Below are positions 1 to 13,662 of a stretch of 64,000 nt of DNA, piece after piece. The notes beneath the pieces were generated by a model that saw only the letters and a program-made list of their open reading frames with translations, did no database searches and had not been told where the DNA came from. Every line of letters begins with the position of its first letter. Position 1 is the stretch's first letter. Made by a program: the position numbers and the translations under genes. Location: the NCBI GenBank assembly GCA_951406725.2, contig OX597820.1, positions 93,744,001 to 93,808,000 on the forward strand, read 5' to 3'. The stretch comes from Octopus vulgaris (Eukaryota).

Positions 1-8
1 GCCTAAGG

Positions 9-40
<32 letters not shown>

Positions 41-60
41 TGTTGTTGTTGTTGTTGTTG

Positions 61-550
61 TTACGGACACGGGCCAGCTTTGATTAGGCTGTCCTACGGT
101 CGAAAACGTTTCAGCTGTGATCATCTCGTGTAAAGCACCAAATGGTACGGAACAAATTAAAGTGTTCATGAGATACTAAGAGGGCGTGGTAGCTGTTGTT
201 GTTTTGTTTAACCCCCAGCTCTGACCAGGTTAAGCAGACCGACATTTGAAAACATTCTATGATCATCGTGTCCTTTTTTTTTGTTTTCTCTCAGATGCGG
301 TCCTTTTTTTTCTTTTTTTTTTTTTTTTGAAAGAATAATGTGTACACGTGTGTGTGATTTGAGGGAGATCTGGCTATTGCTTTTGGCAAGTCGAGCGACC
401 AGATACGAGCAGGCTCACGCTGAAAAGCATTCCAGCTGTGACCATCCCGTTATTTTGGGAGCGTGCTTAGGGCAACATCATCTCGTGGCGGGGTGTGATT
501 TCAAGACCGTTTGGCTGTTATTTCTAGCAAGTCGAATGACCGAGTATAGG
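61..550 (-). mobile_element. Cluster of degenerate fragments of retroposon-like repeat family D
   Basis: Motifs cattccagctgtgaccatccc and gtgatttgagggagatctggctattgct recur at 10122, 44752, 52780, 53416 and inverted at 47812 and 52205. Confidence 0.6.
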
Positions 551-722
551 CAGTTGGTGCTAAATGTTAGATATAGAGCGGAACAGGTGGTTGTAATATA
601 AGAGGTAAGAGGTGAGGGAGCGGCGGTCAGTGATGAGTTACAGGGATGAAATCTAATAGACAGGCATGCAAACAGATCGAACAAACACACACACACACAC
701 ACATACATAATACATACATACA

Positions 723-753
<31 letters not shown>

Positions 754-1923
754 GCACATTCATCGTATATTTTTTTTAATTCTTTTTTTCAAACCCAGAA
801 TTGGGTTGAGGCCATACTGGGGCACTACTTCTAACTATACTTTTAGTCGATCCTTTTAATCCCTAAAACTATTTCAATCACTCTATTTTTATCGATCATT
901 AGCAAATTAAGTGACGTTTGCTATAAACGATACCTATCAGGAACGATTCTCAAACGAGAGAAAAAGGCACTCACTACATATAACTGTGGTGTGACTAGAA
1001 TTTGAACCGCCCGTGACAGCCCTTGAATATGCCCCCCCCACCACCACCACCACTCTCACTACTAGACTCAAAAAGTTTTTACATAGGCTTATACAGCCAA
1101 CCCTAAAGGGCTTCTCCTCCATAAAAGCGTTGCCCGGGGCGGACCGACCCTAACTTTACCCACAACCCAGCACCCCTCGCCCATGCTCTCCTCCCAGCTG
1201 TGTGTGTTACTGACGCAATGAATTTTATTATCTCATTTACTGTGTTGAAATCGACGGGGTCGACCTACCAGTTGAGCACTGGGGTTAATGTAATCGACGT
1301 GCCCCTACCCTCTAAAATGCTGGATTTCTACCAAAATTAGAGAGAATTACTATCTATATTTTTTCGAAGCTGTGTTTTCATCGCTGCTCTGAGTTTTCTG
1401 TTTACATTTCGTTCCAGCTTCAGTAAAAGTGGATCTACATCTGCTTCAGCGATAACTATGGTATTCCTGTTGTTTTATCAACTGAGCTGCCTACACATTG
1501 TACTATAGTCTGAATGGCCGAGTATTCCTGAGTAAGGTTAATCCATATGTTAGTGGGGTCAATCCCACACGAGAACCGTCTTAACAGAGGACTGTCGTGC
1601 GCCTCTTCATCCACAACCCGTATGTATACCACGCATTGTATAAATTAGTATTAAGGTAATTGGGTCCTTTTACTCGTGGGGCACTGGGCAGTGTAACCAT
1701 GACTTAAGATGGATCTGTGTCCACCCACTTTTTACAAACAAGGTATCAGGTCGACCGAAGCCCTGGCAAAAATATACTTCGCTAAAATGACAAGTGCGAT
1801 CGAGCCTAGAATATTGCGAAGCGAACTTCGTAACCACTCACCCTTTCCTGCACACACACACACACACGCACACATAAGACAGGGTACACATACACACACA
1901 TATATATATATATGTGAAAGGGT

Positions 1924-1957
<34 letters not shown>

Positions 1958-2001
1958 CAGGGTAAACATATATATATATGCCAGGGTAAACATACATACA
2001 T

Positions 2002-2090
<89 letters not shown>

Positions 2091-2290
2091 TTAAGTAAGG
2101 TATATCACTCAGTGTAACAAGCAGTATAACTGGAAAACAACCACGGATTCACAATATAGAATGGTGATGAACTCTGACCTTGGACCCAGTCACAAGAATA
2201 ATCTAAACAATATTGTTAGCCCGGTGTACATACAGAGAGCTTATAAAGCATTTTGCCCGGATTGTTTAATCCCCCACTAAATAACTCTGC

Positions 2291-2356
<66 letters not shown>

Positions 2357-2789
2357 TGTCAAGTGATAAGTACCAACGCACGAAACGCTCGGCCTTTTAG
2401 GCACTCTGTAACTTTTACCGATTATTAATAACAAACAAATACATTTACTTATGTGTTTCGAGCTGGGGGTTTTTTCTGTTTGCATCATGAAACCTATGTG
2501 TGTGTGTGTGTATTGATTTATAACTGTCAGATCAAAGGACCTAGGTGAAGAAAGTAAGTTTCGAGCAGTTCGTAGTAAAAAAAACAAAAAAACTTTTGAA
2601 ACAATAATAGTTTACTGGCGTAGGATGCTGGAGGTTTTTTCCGTATCGAAGTTTCATAAGCTGAAAAAAGTTATTGATCCATTCCTTCAACTATATATAT
2701 ATATATATATATATATTCACACATATACTTATATATACACACATGTATGTATATATGCATATATGTATACACGCACACAAACACACATA

Positions 2790-2844
<55 letters not shown>

Positions 2845-2940
2845 GTATATAGTTAAGGGTGGAGTAACAATACTATGAAGGGCTGGTCCTCTAAAAGTAA
2901 ATATGATAAATACCGCGCCCAAAGAAGAAAGGAGGAGAGA

Positions 2941-3001
<61 letters not shown>

Positions 3002-3044
3002 AGAAATTGGTTGGCACCGAAAGAACTAAAAGAGCTTAACTTAC

Positions 3045-3072
3045 GTGGATTGACTTGATATGAAGAAACCAT
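3045..3072 (-). CDS. Candidate short first coding exon (MVSSYQVNP + 1 nt) of an unidentified minus-strand gene
   Basis: Minus strand reads ATGGTTTCTTCATATCAAGTCAATCCAC|GTAAGT (donor = acttac at 3039-3044) in non-repetitive sequence; protein not recognised. Confidence 0.3.
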
Positions 3073-5222
3073 TGGAAGAGGTAGGTCAATCTCCGATAGA
3101 GTCACTTTGAAGTTGAATATATATAATATATAATTGATATATACACATATATATATATGTTCAAAATATATAATATGTGTATGTGCTTGGTATAAATGTT
3201 TGTCTATATAAATAACTGTTACAAAGTATGTGATATCTACTTCAGAAATTCCGACTAAGATAAATAAATTCTCTCTATATATTTATATATGTATATATAT
3301 ATATGTTTGTATGGTAGTTTGTCTTTGTAGAAATATATGTGTTTATATATATATATTATATGATATATATGTATATATATATATATACCTATATATATAT
3401 ATCTGTCTATGTTTCCTGCATCTACATTTTTAATATAAATTATAATGTATTCTTTATAACTTGTTTAGTTTTTATGATGTTTTTGCGGTTTTCTGGGTGC
3501 AAGAAAGTATAAAACAATTCACTCGATGTAATATATCCAAACTCTTGCAAGCAAAAGTGCTACCGTTTACTACTACTACTACTACTACTACTACTGCTGC
3601 TACTACTACTACTAGTGATAATAGTAATAATGATAATAATAATGCATAACGTGTGGTAGGCAAGGTCGGCACTGGATCCTTCTATATATATATTTTTTTT
3701 TTCTTATTTTCGTTCTTTCTTACTTTCTCTCTCTTTAAGTTCTTCGACTGCAACGGTCTCGGTAATATGTGGTGACAGGTTCGTGTGACGAGGACGTCCC
3801 CCCCACGACAAAAAAATAAATATATAAACTGTGCTACAACACTAATAAAACTAATAAAACAATTCCACCTCCACCTTTTCTCCTCCGAGGATGAGGATGA
3901 CAACTGTTGCGTCTACTACTACTACTACTACTACGACTACTACTACTACTACTACTACTACTTGAAGTATTGCGCTGCTATTGGGCTTATTGTTCCTTTT
4001 TCTCTCCTTTCTTTTTATTTGTTTCTTCTCTCTGTTTTTTTTCTTTCTTTCTCTCTTTCTCTCTGTTGTCTGCAGCTGATGCCCGCTTACACAACACTAA
4101 GTGAGATAGATAGACTGATAGAGAAAGAGTAACAGAGAGAGAGAGAGAGAGGGAGGAGGAGAGAGTGTGAAGAGAAGGGGAGAGAAGAGAATGAGATGAG
4201 AAAGAGAGAGAGAGAGAGGAGAGAGAATCGTTGAAAAGTTTGGAGGAAGGGAAAGAGTGGTGGGGGCGAGAGAGAGAGAGAGAGAGAGGAAGTGAAATGA
4301 AACCAATTACACAAGAAAAAAGAAAGAAAAAAAAGGAGAGGAAGAGAGAGAGAACGGGGGGGGAGGTGTTGTTGATTCAACACCTCCCATCACTACCTCC
4401 ACCACCACCACCACCACCACCACCACCATCACCACAGACACTACCGCCGCCGCCGCCGCCACCACAACCACTACGGAGAAAAATACTTCATTCCGTAGTT
4501 TGGTTTCTGTCTTTTTCGCAAACCTCTTACTTAACAGCCACTACCCCTCCCTCTCGCCTTTTTTCTTTCTCTCATTATCCTCTCATTCTCTCGTTCACTC
4601 TTTTCTCACCCAATCTCCTTCGTTTCCTCTATTCCTCTCTCTCTCTTTATCCTTCATACACATCCTCTCGTTCCTTTCTTTTATCTGTCTTTCTCTCGTT
4701 CACTTACAATACTTTTTTTTCTTTCATATTTCCTTCGTTTTACTTCATTCTCTTTTTTCCCTGCCTCTCTCTTTCTTTCTATCTATTTGTTAGTCTGTCT
4801 GTATGTCTTTCTCTTAGTCTCGCTTTCTCTCTCACTGTCTTTCTCTCTCACTCTCTCTTTCTTTCTTTCTCCCCCCTCTCTCTCTCCCGACACTTCATCC
4901 TTCTTTCTCCTCAAACTCCACCTCTTGTTCATTCCCGTTTTCTCCATCCTCTTTCTTGCCACCCTTTGATTAGCAAAAACTTTTGCACTAATTCCATGAA
5001 TTTATGTGTGTGTGTGTGTGAAAACAAGAGTGTGAATGTGTGTGTGTATAGGTGCGTGTGCGCGTGTGACTAATTAATTAAGGAAGGACGTGGTCAGACG
5101 TCTACTAGGATGTGCTATTTCGCGACAGTCACGTCTTTCGCAATTAGTAACTCAAATTTCAATAAAACACACAGAGACGTGAATCGAAACAGGGCCGCGT
5201 ACTCTACTCCTAACTTTTTTTT

Positions 5223-5322
5223 ATGGCTGTGTGGTAACTTAGGCAAGTATCTTCTACTATATCCTCAGGTCGACCAATGCTTTGCAAGTTGGTTTGATAG
5301 ACGGAAACTAAAAGAAGCCTGT

Positions 5323-5386
<64 letters not shown>

Positions 5387-5653
5387 TATATATACACACA
5401 CACATTTATTTTTATATGTGCATGTACGTGCGTGTGAGCATGTCTTTGTGTTTGTCCTATTACCGCTTGACAACAGGTGTTGGTGTATTTATATCCCCAA
5501 AACTTTGCGGTTCGGCAAAAGAGGGGAGAATAAGTACAGGACTTTTTTTTTAATATGTCCTGGGATCGATTTGTTCGACTAAAATCCTCCAAGGCGGTGC
5601 CCCAGCATGGCCGCAGCCCATTTAATAGAACAAGTAATAGAAAAAAAGATAAA
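5223..5653 (+). mobile_element. Family A SINE (tRNA-like head, CORE-like ccttgggcaagtgtc motif, internal microsatellite), head partly deleted
   Basis: Collinear with full copies at 58524 and 63475; internal (TA)n at about 5327-5395. Confidence 0.85.
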
Positions 5654-5850
5654 AAGTAGAGCCTGAAGGCATCATCCGAGACCGTCTGTAGAGTGTTCGA
5701 AACGGGTGGGAAGAAAGGAGGAAGTTAACATCAGATGGGAGATTGGATTTGAACGTTTCCAGCAACGTTAGGATTCCACAAAAGGCAACCAAAGCTGAAG
5801 CTATGGTGTTAAACACAGTGACGTATTAAGTCTCCAACTTAATCCAGGAA

Positions 5851-6170
5851 GTCGCGTGACTTAATGGTTAGGGTCTTCGGTTCGCCATCGTAAGGTCGTG
5901 AGTTCAATTCCAGGTGGTACATTGTGTCCTTGAGCAAACGCTTTATTTCACGTTGCTCCAGTTCACTAAGCTGGCAAAAATGAGTAGTACAAGTATTTCA
6001 AAGGTTCAGCCTTGTCCCATTGTGTATCACGCTGAATCTCCTTGAGAACTATGCTAAAGGCCACGCGTAACTGTGAAGTGATCAGCCACTTGCACGTTTA
6101 TTTCACGAGCAGGCTGATCCATCTATCGGATCAACTGGAACCCGCGTCGTCGTAACCGACGGAGTGCCTG
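5851..6170 (+). mobile_element. Family C SINE, head H2 + tail T1
   Basis: tRNA A/B-box-like head; tgtgtccttgagcaa..ctttatttcacgttgctccag body; 3' part matches the 25049 copy; 11-bp direct repeat taatccaggaa at 5840-5850 and 6171-6181. Confidence 0.85.
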
Positions 6171-6596
6171 TAATCCAGGAACGGTCCTTCTGATAGACTC
6201 CCTTTCTAATTTTATCATATTCTTCCATATACCTCACTAAATGGGATGGTCAAAGATGTAATAACTCTCTTAGTAGGTCTGCTAGAAAAGGGCTGACCCA
6301 AGGTTAACCAACAACTAGATACACATCGTACATGCAGAATTATGTGCATATGCACGTGAGTGGGTGGTGCGTGAGTGTATGTATACACACATATTCATGC
6401 ACGCAAGAATGTTTAGAATATACCTGATATGGCGATTTATCATTTATGTCCACAAACATATACAAACATAAACACTTAGACGTTCTTAAATAACATTCAC
6501 TTCAAGAACATTAGTTGAAATTACAACGTCAATTGTAATTAGAAGAGAATGAGATAAGTGGGAATAGTAGAGAAGTGGAGAGATGGAGGTAGATGG

Positions 6597-6644
<48 letters not shown>

Positions 6645-6796
6645 ACACACACACGCACACACATACAAATATAAAGAGAGTGGCATATAGACAAAAACTT
6701 GAGAGAATAAGATGTATAAGCGAAAGACTACAAACTTGAGAAGAAACAGACCTACATGCATATGTGTGTGTATATATATATATGCGCGTTGAAAGA

Positions 6797-6851
<55 letters not shown>

Positions 6852-7041
6852 AGAGAGAATGAGAGGAGATAAAAACTGCTAAGTGGCCATTTGAGCACGT
6901 AAATTATACAAATGCATTTAATAGAATATAGTACGCAACAGTGTGTGCAAGTACGAGAGTATGTATGTATGTTTGTGTATATATACATATACAAACATAT
7001 ATATAATATATATACACACATACATATAACATACATACATA

Positions 7042-7497
7042 CATAACAGGCCGGATATTGCTGTTTGGGACAGTGGGGCAAAGGCATATACCATAATAGA
7101 GGCCAGCTGCCCTGCAGACATAAATATCTCGTTGAAAATCAACGAAAACGAAGATATATATGGAAAATTGCTTCGAAACCTCCAGCTTCTATATCTAGAC
7201 TATCAATTTATATACATAACCAGTAATAATTGGAGCGCTAGGTTTTGTTAGTAAATGCTTAAAGGAGAATCTGGATAAACTGGGATTTTCAGAAAGAGAA
7301 ACCAACTGGCTAAAGTGTACATTACAAGTGTAAGTACATTACAAATGAGTGGAACAGTAAAAATATGTAAGACTTTTCTCAAGTTCTAAATGTGAATTTG
7401 TCTGTGTTAACTACATCCCAAAGATGGAGTCTTGTATCTTTGTTGGAGATCGGCTCCCTCCTCAATGGAAGACTTACAATAGTTTAAAAATAGAAGA
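7042..7497 (+). mobile_element. 5'-truncated R4/Dong-like non-LTR retrotransposon (restriction-like endonuclease domain, C-terminus and 3' UTR)
   Basis: Manual translation HNRPDIAVWDSGAKAYTIIEASCPADINISLKINENEDIYG..(frameshift)PVIIGALGFV..GTVKICKTFLKF* (stop 7387-7389) matches the RLE PD..D/E region. Confidence 0.75.
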
Positions 7498-8639
7498 TAC
7501 ATACATACATACATACATACATACATAACGGCTGTAACTTGAACTTTCCATTGAGTGTTTTGCCGTTTTTTTTTTTTCAAATACAGCTTGCCATAGAATA
7601 CAGCATAGAATAAAGATGTTAAAAATGGAGCTATGCTTGTATCTGATGCTTGTTTAAGTGAGGTGTGGCCTGGCACTGGGGCAATCCGACTCTGAACAAC
7701 GCATGTATTTGTCCAAAAAGGAAAATTAACCTACATCATTAGATGCAAACGAAGTCGCAGGTTTTCTTTCTTTGTCTAGGGTATCTGTCACTTGCAGTTG
7801 TTGGGTGATCGTTGAATCTACTGAGTTCGTCCACCATTTGGCATGATCCGTATTTCGTTCTGGATGGTGTCAGACGAAAGCCATCCGTTTTACCAAGTAG
7901 GTTCGGTGGGATTACCGATTTAGTCGCTGACGGCCCGATTATACGATAGATTGTACTGGGTTACGCGTTACCAGTACCATTTAAGAATAACTACACACAC
8001 AGCCACACACGTGTGTGTGCGTGTGAGGCCATTCTCAATGGTGTGTGAGTGTGTAACTTAATGTTTCCTAAAACAGAGTATTAAATAAGTTATCAGTCCT
8101 TATCAGGAAAAACACATTTGAAGGAAAGTGACATATAGAGAGAATGAACAGAAGAGAGGGTGACAGAGAGAGAGAGGTGAATAAGAAAGAGGGAAGAGAT
8201 AATGACTTAAAATGTTCTCAAAACGGGACTGTAGGCTTGATATTGATGACAAAAGATAAGAGCATTTTAGGAGAGGGTAAGCTAAAGAATACGCGGTTAG
8301 GAGCTTAAAGAAACATTAACTCCCCTTCTCAACCGTCATCCACCAATTTTTTCCCAAAATATCTGATGTAAAATATCCTACGCAACAATTGGCTTCTCCA
8401 GCCCTGTTACATATTAAATATATAAAACATTTCCATTGGTTGAAACGACCAATAGGTTTTGTCTACATTTCTCAAAATATTTTGATAGAGAAATAGAAGA
8501 AATGATACACGTACACACGTGCGCACGAGCAAATACACACACACACACACAAAACCGATCAGTTTCTAATCTATATGTTTTGATGATATACATTCTAGAA
8601 AGGATAGTAGATTTGATTGCTTTTGATGCTTAATATTTA

Positions 8640-8990
8640 ATTCTTTATTGCCCACAATGGGCTAAACATAGAGGGGACAAACAAGGACAGACGAAAGGAT
8701 GAAAGGCAAAGTCGACCTCGGCGGAATTTGAACTCAGAACGTAGCGGCAGACAAAATACCTATTTCTTTACAACCCACAAGGGGCTAAACACAGAGAGGA
8801 CAAACAAGGACAGACAAACGGATTAAGACGATTACATCGACCCCAGTGCGTAACTGGTACTTAATTTGTCGACCCAGAAAGGATGAAAGGCAAAGTCGAC
8901 CTCGGCGGAATTTGAACTCAGAACGTAACGGCAGACGAAATACCGCTAAGCATTTCGTCCGGGTGCTAACGTTTCTGCCAGCTCGCTGCC
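8640..8990 (-). mobile_element. Family B SINE (Nin-domain-like), tandem dimer of one internally deleted and one full copy
   Basis: gatgaaaggcaaagtcgacctcggcggaatttgaactcagaacgt occurs twice; near-identical to 44492-44723. Confidence 0.9.
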
Positions 8991-10121
8991 TTATAGAGTG
9001 TATATATTAAAAGGCCTATGATTATATATAGCTCTGTATTCTAGCATGATAATATATATTATCGACAGTGAATGATTGCAGTAAAGAGTTAAATTTGTAG
9101 AAATATAAATATTTAAAGAATTCCATCATGGCAAGAGCCACTTTATCCCGTTTAGTCATCTAAAAACATACAAAAATTGTTTGAATTTTCTTTTGACTTA
9201 TTTCTTACATCAAAATATTCACCATTCAAATGCAACATGATCACTGACATTGTTCCGCAGCAGCTGGAAATGTGTCAGAGATGAAGTCGCAGAGGTGTGA
9301 CGAACATTTTGACACCACAGGGAATAAATGAAAAAAGGAATACAGCATCATTTTTTTTAGCGTTTTCTTCGGATAGCTAAAAGAATTCATTCATTATGTA
9401 ATTGCTTCAGGTTTAACACATGGTCTCGGATCAAATTACTTGGCAGACAAGTATTTTTTCATAAAGATAATGAGTTCTGTCTCTCATGCTACGAAATAAT
9501 GTCCGTTTCATGAGTGAATTAATGCTTCTTGTAATATCGTTTTCTGGCAGTAAATTGACAAATTTGTTAGAGCAACGGACTGTTATCTTGTCGTGTTTAG
9601 TTACATATCTTTATGCCTTGAGTTCAAATGCGCCAGAAGTAAATTTTATCGTCCATTCTTTCAGAGTCGATAAAACAAAATGTCAGTTTAATATTGGGTT
9701 CTATAAAATTCATAATAATCTCTACTCAAATATATAATTTTGTCTTTATACTAGTTATTAATATCTTTTTCATACTGAGACAAGAAAACTTGGCTTCAAC
9801 TTTAGTTTTTATCTTAGTTTTTGTAATAATTCAAGGCTAACATAGCTTGTACTTAGATTTAATAGCAGTTTCCTGTCACGAAGTTTTGAATTACAAGAAA
9901 ATATAATCAAATATGGCGCTCATCTTTACATGCGTACATACATAAATACACATACACACACACACACACATATTTATATACACACATTTATACACAAATA
10001 TGTACACGGGTTTATTCTCCAATACTCTTCATTGCTCCTCATTTGTATGTGTCAGCTTCAGGCTTTTAGCTTCGCTCCCCAGGCTAACATTTTCACGCTG
10101 CCATGCGCATATTGTTTGTCG

Positions 10122-10312
10122 CTGTTGTTGTTTAGCTTGAGGGCAGCCATGATGTACAACCCTCAAAGGCATTCTAACCGTGACCTTCATGTCCTTTGTT
10201 TGCATATATATTACTGCATTTTCAAATGTGTCCTTGTAGTTTTGAAACAATGGAGAGCGATCCGAAGGAGATTAAACTGCTTCTTTTGGTAGGTCTTACG
10301 ATCATGTAAAAG
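10122..10312 (-). mobile_element. Family D repeat copy
   Basis: tgttgttgtttagc..aaaggcattctaaccgtgacc..gaaggagatt, collinear with 53416 and 52780. Confidence 0.55.
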
Positions 10313-10972
10313 CTCTCTCTCCCTCCCTCCCTCTCTCTCTCTCTCTCTCTCCCTCTCATTGACTCAAGAAGCTTCTTTCATTATTTCGTTTCCTTAAGTT
10401 TTGTGATGGTCGTGGGGGGATCTGAGTGACTGACATCTTTCTCTCTCTCTCTCTCCCTTATTTCGCCCTTTCTCTCTTTACTTTCCATTATTTCTCTTTC
10501 ACTTCTTTCTTCTCTTTGCCCTTCTATTTTCCTTTCGTTCTTCACACGACCAACATATATGTTTTTGCTCCCCTTCAGCATAGTCTGCAGTGATCACGAC
10601 TCTGAGAACTTCCTTTAAACAGGAGATAATATATTACATAGAAAAGACAGCGATATTTCTGAGAAATTTCTAGAGCAATTTGCCGACGTCCTTGCAACTC
10701 AATAACATCATGTCAACCCACAAAATCCGACCAACCCATACACCCTTCCTTTAGGAAATGGGAACAGAACTGACTCTTATTTTCTGTTTTTATTTTCTTT
10801 ATGGGAAAATTAGAATATATTTACACATTTACATGTTTTTTTTTTGTTTTGCTTCTTTTCTCTAGATTGAAACAAATCCTAGAACAGATGTGTACCACGT
10901 TTATTGAATGTATGCATGTGTGCGTTTGTGCTAACTTCATGATATATATATGGGACTTTGGTTCACTGGTGA

Positions 10973-11007
<35 letters not shown>

Positions 11008-11020
11008 GTGTGTGTGTGTA

Positions 11021-11086
<66 letters not shown>

Positions 11087-11099
11087 TATATACACATAT

Positions 11100-11145
11100 A
11101 CTAGCAGAGATACCCGGCCTTGCTCAAGATTAAAATAGCATAGTT
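11100..11145 (+). mobile_element. 5' fragment of a Helitron/Helentron-like non-autonomous element
   Basis: actagcagagatacccggccttgctca resembles the start of the insert at 43306 (actagcagtatcgcccggcgttgctca). Confidence 0.45.
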
Positions 11146-11149
11146 GTTT

Positions 11150-11350
11150 TTTTTGTTTTATATGTTTCGGTCATGTGATTGGAGCCATACTGGAGCACCG
11201 CCTTTAGTGGCAGAAATCGACCCCGGTATTTATTCTTTGTAAGCCTAGTACTTATTCTATCGGTGCGTTTTGCCAAACGACTAAGTTACGGGGAAGTAAA
11301 CGCAGCAACATCGGTTGTGATGCGAGGTTGGGGGTACAAACACACTCCCA
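11150..11350 (-). mobile_element. Family A SINE, 3' half
   Basis: Reverse complement of the 63700-63880 segment (gccatactggagcaccgcctttagt, cctagtacttattctatcgg). Confidence 0.85.
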
Positions 11351-11364
11351 CACACTCATAGACA

Positions 11365-11394
11365 AATATACACATGTATATGTATATATATATT

Positions 11395-11444
<50 letters not shown>

Positions 11445-11539
11445 CATATATATGTATATATATGTATATATATATATGCATATATATACATGTATGCATA
11501 CATGATATATACATATATGCATATATATGTATACATATA

Positions 11540-11578
<39 letters not shown>

Positions 11579-11833
11579 ACATATATACATATACATATAT
11601 GCATATATATATATATACATATATATACACATATGCATATATATATATATACATATATGCATTTATATATGTATATATATACATATATGCGTATATATAT
11701 TTATATATATATATCCATATATGCATATATATATACACACATATATGCATATATATATGCATATATATGTACACATATATGCATATTTATATGCATATAT
11801 ATACACATATATATATATATACATATATATATA
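11365..11833. repeat. Compound (TA)n/(TATGCA)-type microsatellite, about 470 bp
   Basis: Directly visible; abuts the internal-microsatellite position of the family A copy. Confidence 0.95.
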
Positions 11834-12324
11834 TGATGAATAGTGAACATGTGTGTCTGTGAGGGGCGAATGGGGTTTCCGAGGGGAGAAGCAAAAGCAA
11901 TATTTAATGTTAGATAACACTCTAAGCAATTAGGTTGGATGAGAGAGACCCTTATTTAATTGTAAAGTAAACCGAATCTTTTCATATCTTCTTTTCGTTT
12001 TCTTTTTCTTTTTTTTTCTCGTCATCATCTCTCCTTCCATATTGTTTCTATTCTTTCACATCTTCTATCACGATTGTATGGCAGACATGATGAATGGTGA
12101 TTTTCTGTTTGTCCCTTCATGTTGTTTAGTCCCATCTCAGAGTTGATAAAGCCAAGTTATAGTAAAAGGTGTACCAGTTACGAACATCTGTTCTTTTCTG
12201 TCCAGACTTGTCTTTATTCTTTTTCTAAAGATGATTGTTATTTAGTCCTTTGTCAATTCAGACCAAGAAAGAATTGTTATAAATGTCGGTCAAACATCTT
12301 TGCAGTATTTAGTTACACCTCTGT

Positions 12325-12660
12325 GGCCGTGTGATAAGAAGCTTGCTTCCCAACCACTTGGTTACTGGTTCAGTCCCACTGCATGGCACCTTGGGCGAGT
12401 CTCTTCTTGACCAAAGCCTTGTGAGTGGATCTGGTAGGCGGAAACTTAAAGAAGCCCGTCGTATATATCTATACGTACGTGCCTGTGTGTGCATGTCTGT
12501 GTGTGTGTGTGTGTGTGCGTGTCTCTGTGTCCGCTTAACAACCGGTGTTGGTGTGTTTACATTCCCATAACATGGTGGTCCGGCAGAAGATATCCATAGA
12601 ATAAGCACCATGCTAAAAAAAAAAAAGTACTGGGAAGACGTAACTGACAAACCGTAACAC
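12325..12660 (+). mobile_element. Family A SINE
   Basis: gtggccgtgtgataagaagcttgcttcccaacc..accttgggc..gaagcccgtcg..(TG)n. Confidence 0.85.
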
Positions 12661-13109
12661 ACTTCAAAATGACTGGCTACCCAAATAAAAAAAAACCATT
12701 ATGAATATCGATGGTGTTGCAGCTGATGTCTTTGCTGCTGCTGCTGCTGCTGCCGCTGCTGCTGCTATGAACTACTGTAGATCAGTTAAAGTGTGAAATT
12801 GCATGTGAATATAAAAAAAACAAAACAAACACGTTCTATTGTGATAGCACTGAGGTGGAGTCAGGACTAGTTAGGTCTTTATATTCTTTACAACAAACCA
12901 CTGGTGGTTGTCGTTAATGGATACTATTGAATAATTAGTGACGTCAACAACTTCATATTGATAATAACATTAATAATAATAATAATAGTAATAATAATAA
13001 TAATGAAATAAATTATATTAATGATAATGTGATGGTAGATGGTGATGATGCGATTGCTCATGAATATATATAATACACAGCAGTTCTTGGATTAAATGTA
13101 TGTGTGTGT

Positions 13110-13159
<50 letters not shown>

Positions 13160-13648
13160 ATGTATTCATGAATATCTATATGCTTCCACATCTTTACAGA
13201 TACACACATACCTGCATATACACACATATACACATTGGATACACATACACATACATATGTGTAGAGTTGCAAGCATTTCTCAATGCAAATGCAAAAAGGC
13301 TTAGCCATTAATCGAACGTATATTGTATATATATGTGCATATGTACATGCATATGTGCATACATACATACGCACACACACAGATACACAAATACACACAC
13401 ACATATATATTGCATAATGTGCAAGAATAAGAAGCGAGCAAGTAACCAAAAGCAAAGAAAAGTGAAAAGTATACAAAAAGAATCGTAAGGGAAAGGAGGA
13501 GTATAATGGTTGGGAAGAGAGAGAGAGAGAGAGAGAGAGAGATAGGAGAGAGAGAGAGAGTGGGGAGAGTGAGGAGTGGTCAGAGTAGAGGAAGACAAGA
13601 GACAAGCGATGAAATCCATCGGAGTTGAACAGCAACGAGAGAAAACGG

Positions 13649-13662
13649 GTTGTCATGGCTAC
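13649..13662. promoter_or_regulatory. RFX X-box-like palindrome GTTGTCATGGCTAC
   Basis: 12/14 match to GTTGCCATGGCAAC, in a unique island between GA tracts. Confidence 0.3.

Noticed and set aside
4231-5073. 280-aa ORF with a polyproline run
   Set aside because: Made of GA, CCA and CT simple repeats; low complexity with no domain signature
11252-11929. Stacks of overlapping YI/CV/HT-rich ORFs (also 18.6-19.6, 23.2-23.6 and 36.5-37.0 kb)
   Set aside because: Dinucleotide repeats lack stop codons; artefacts
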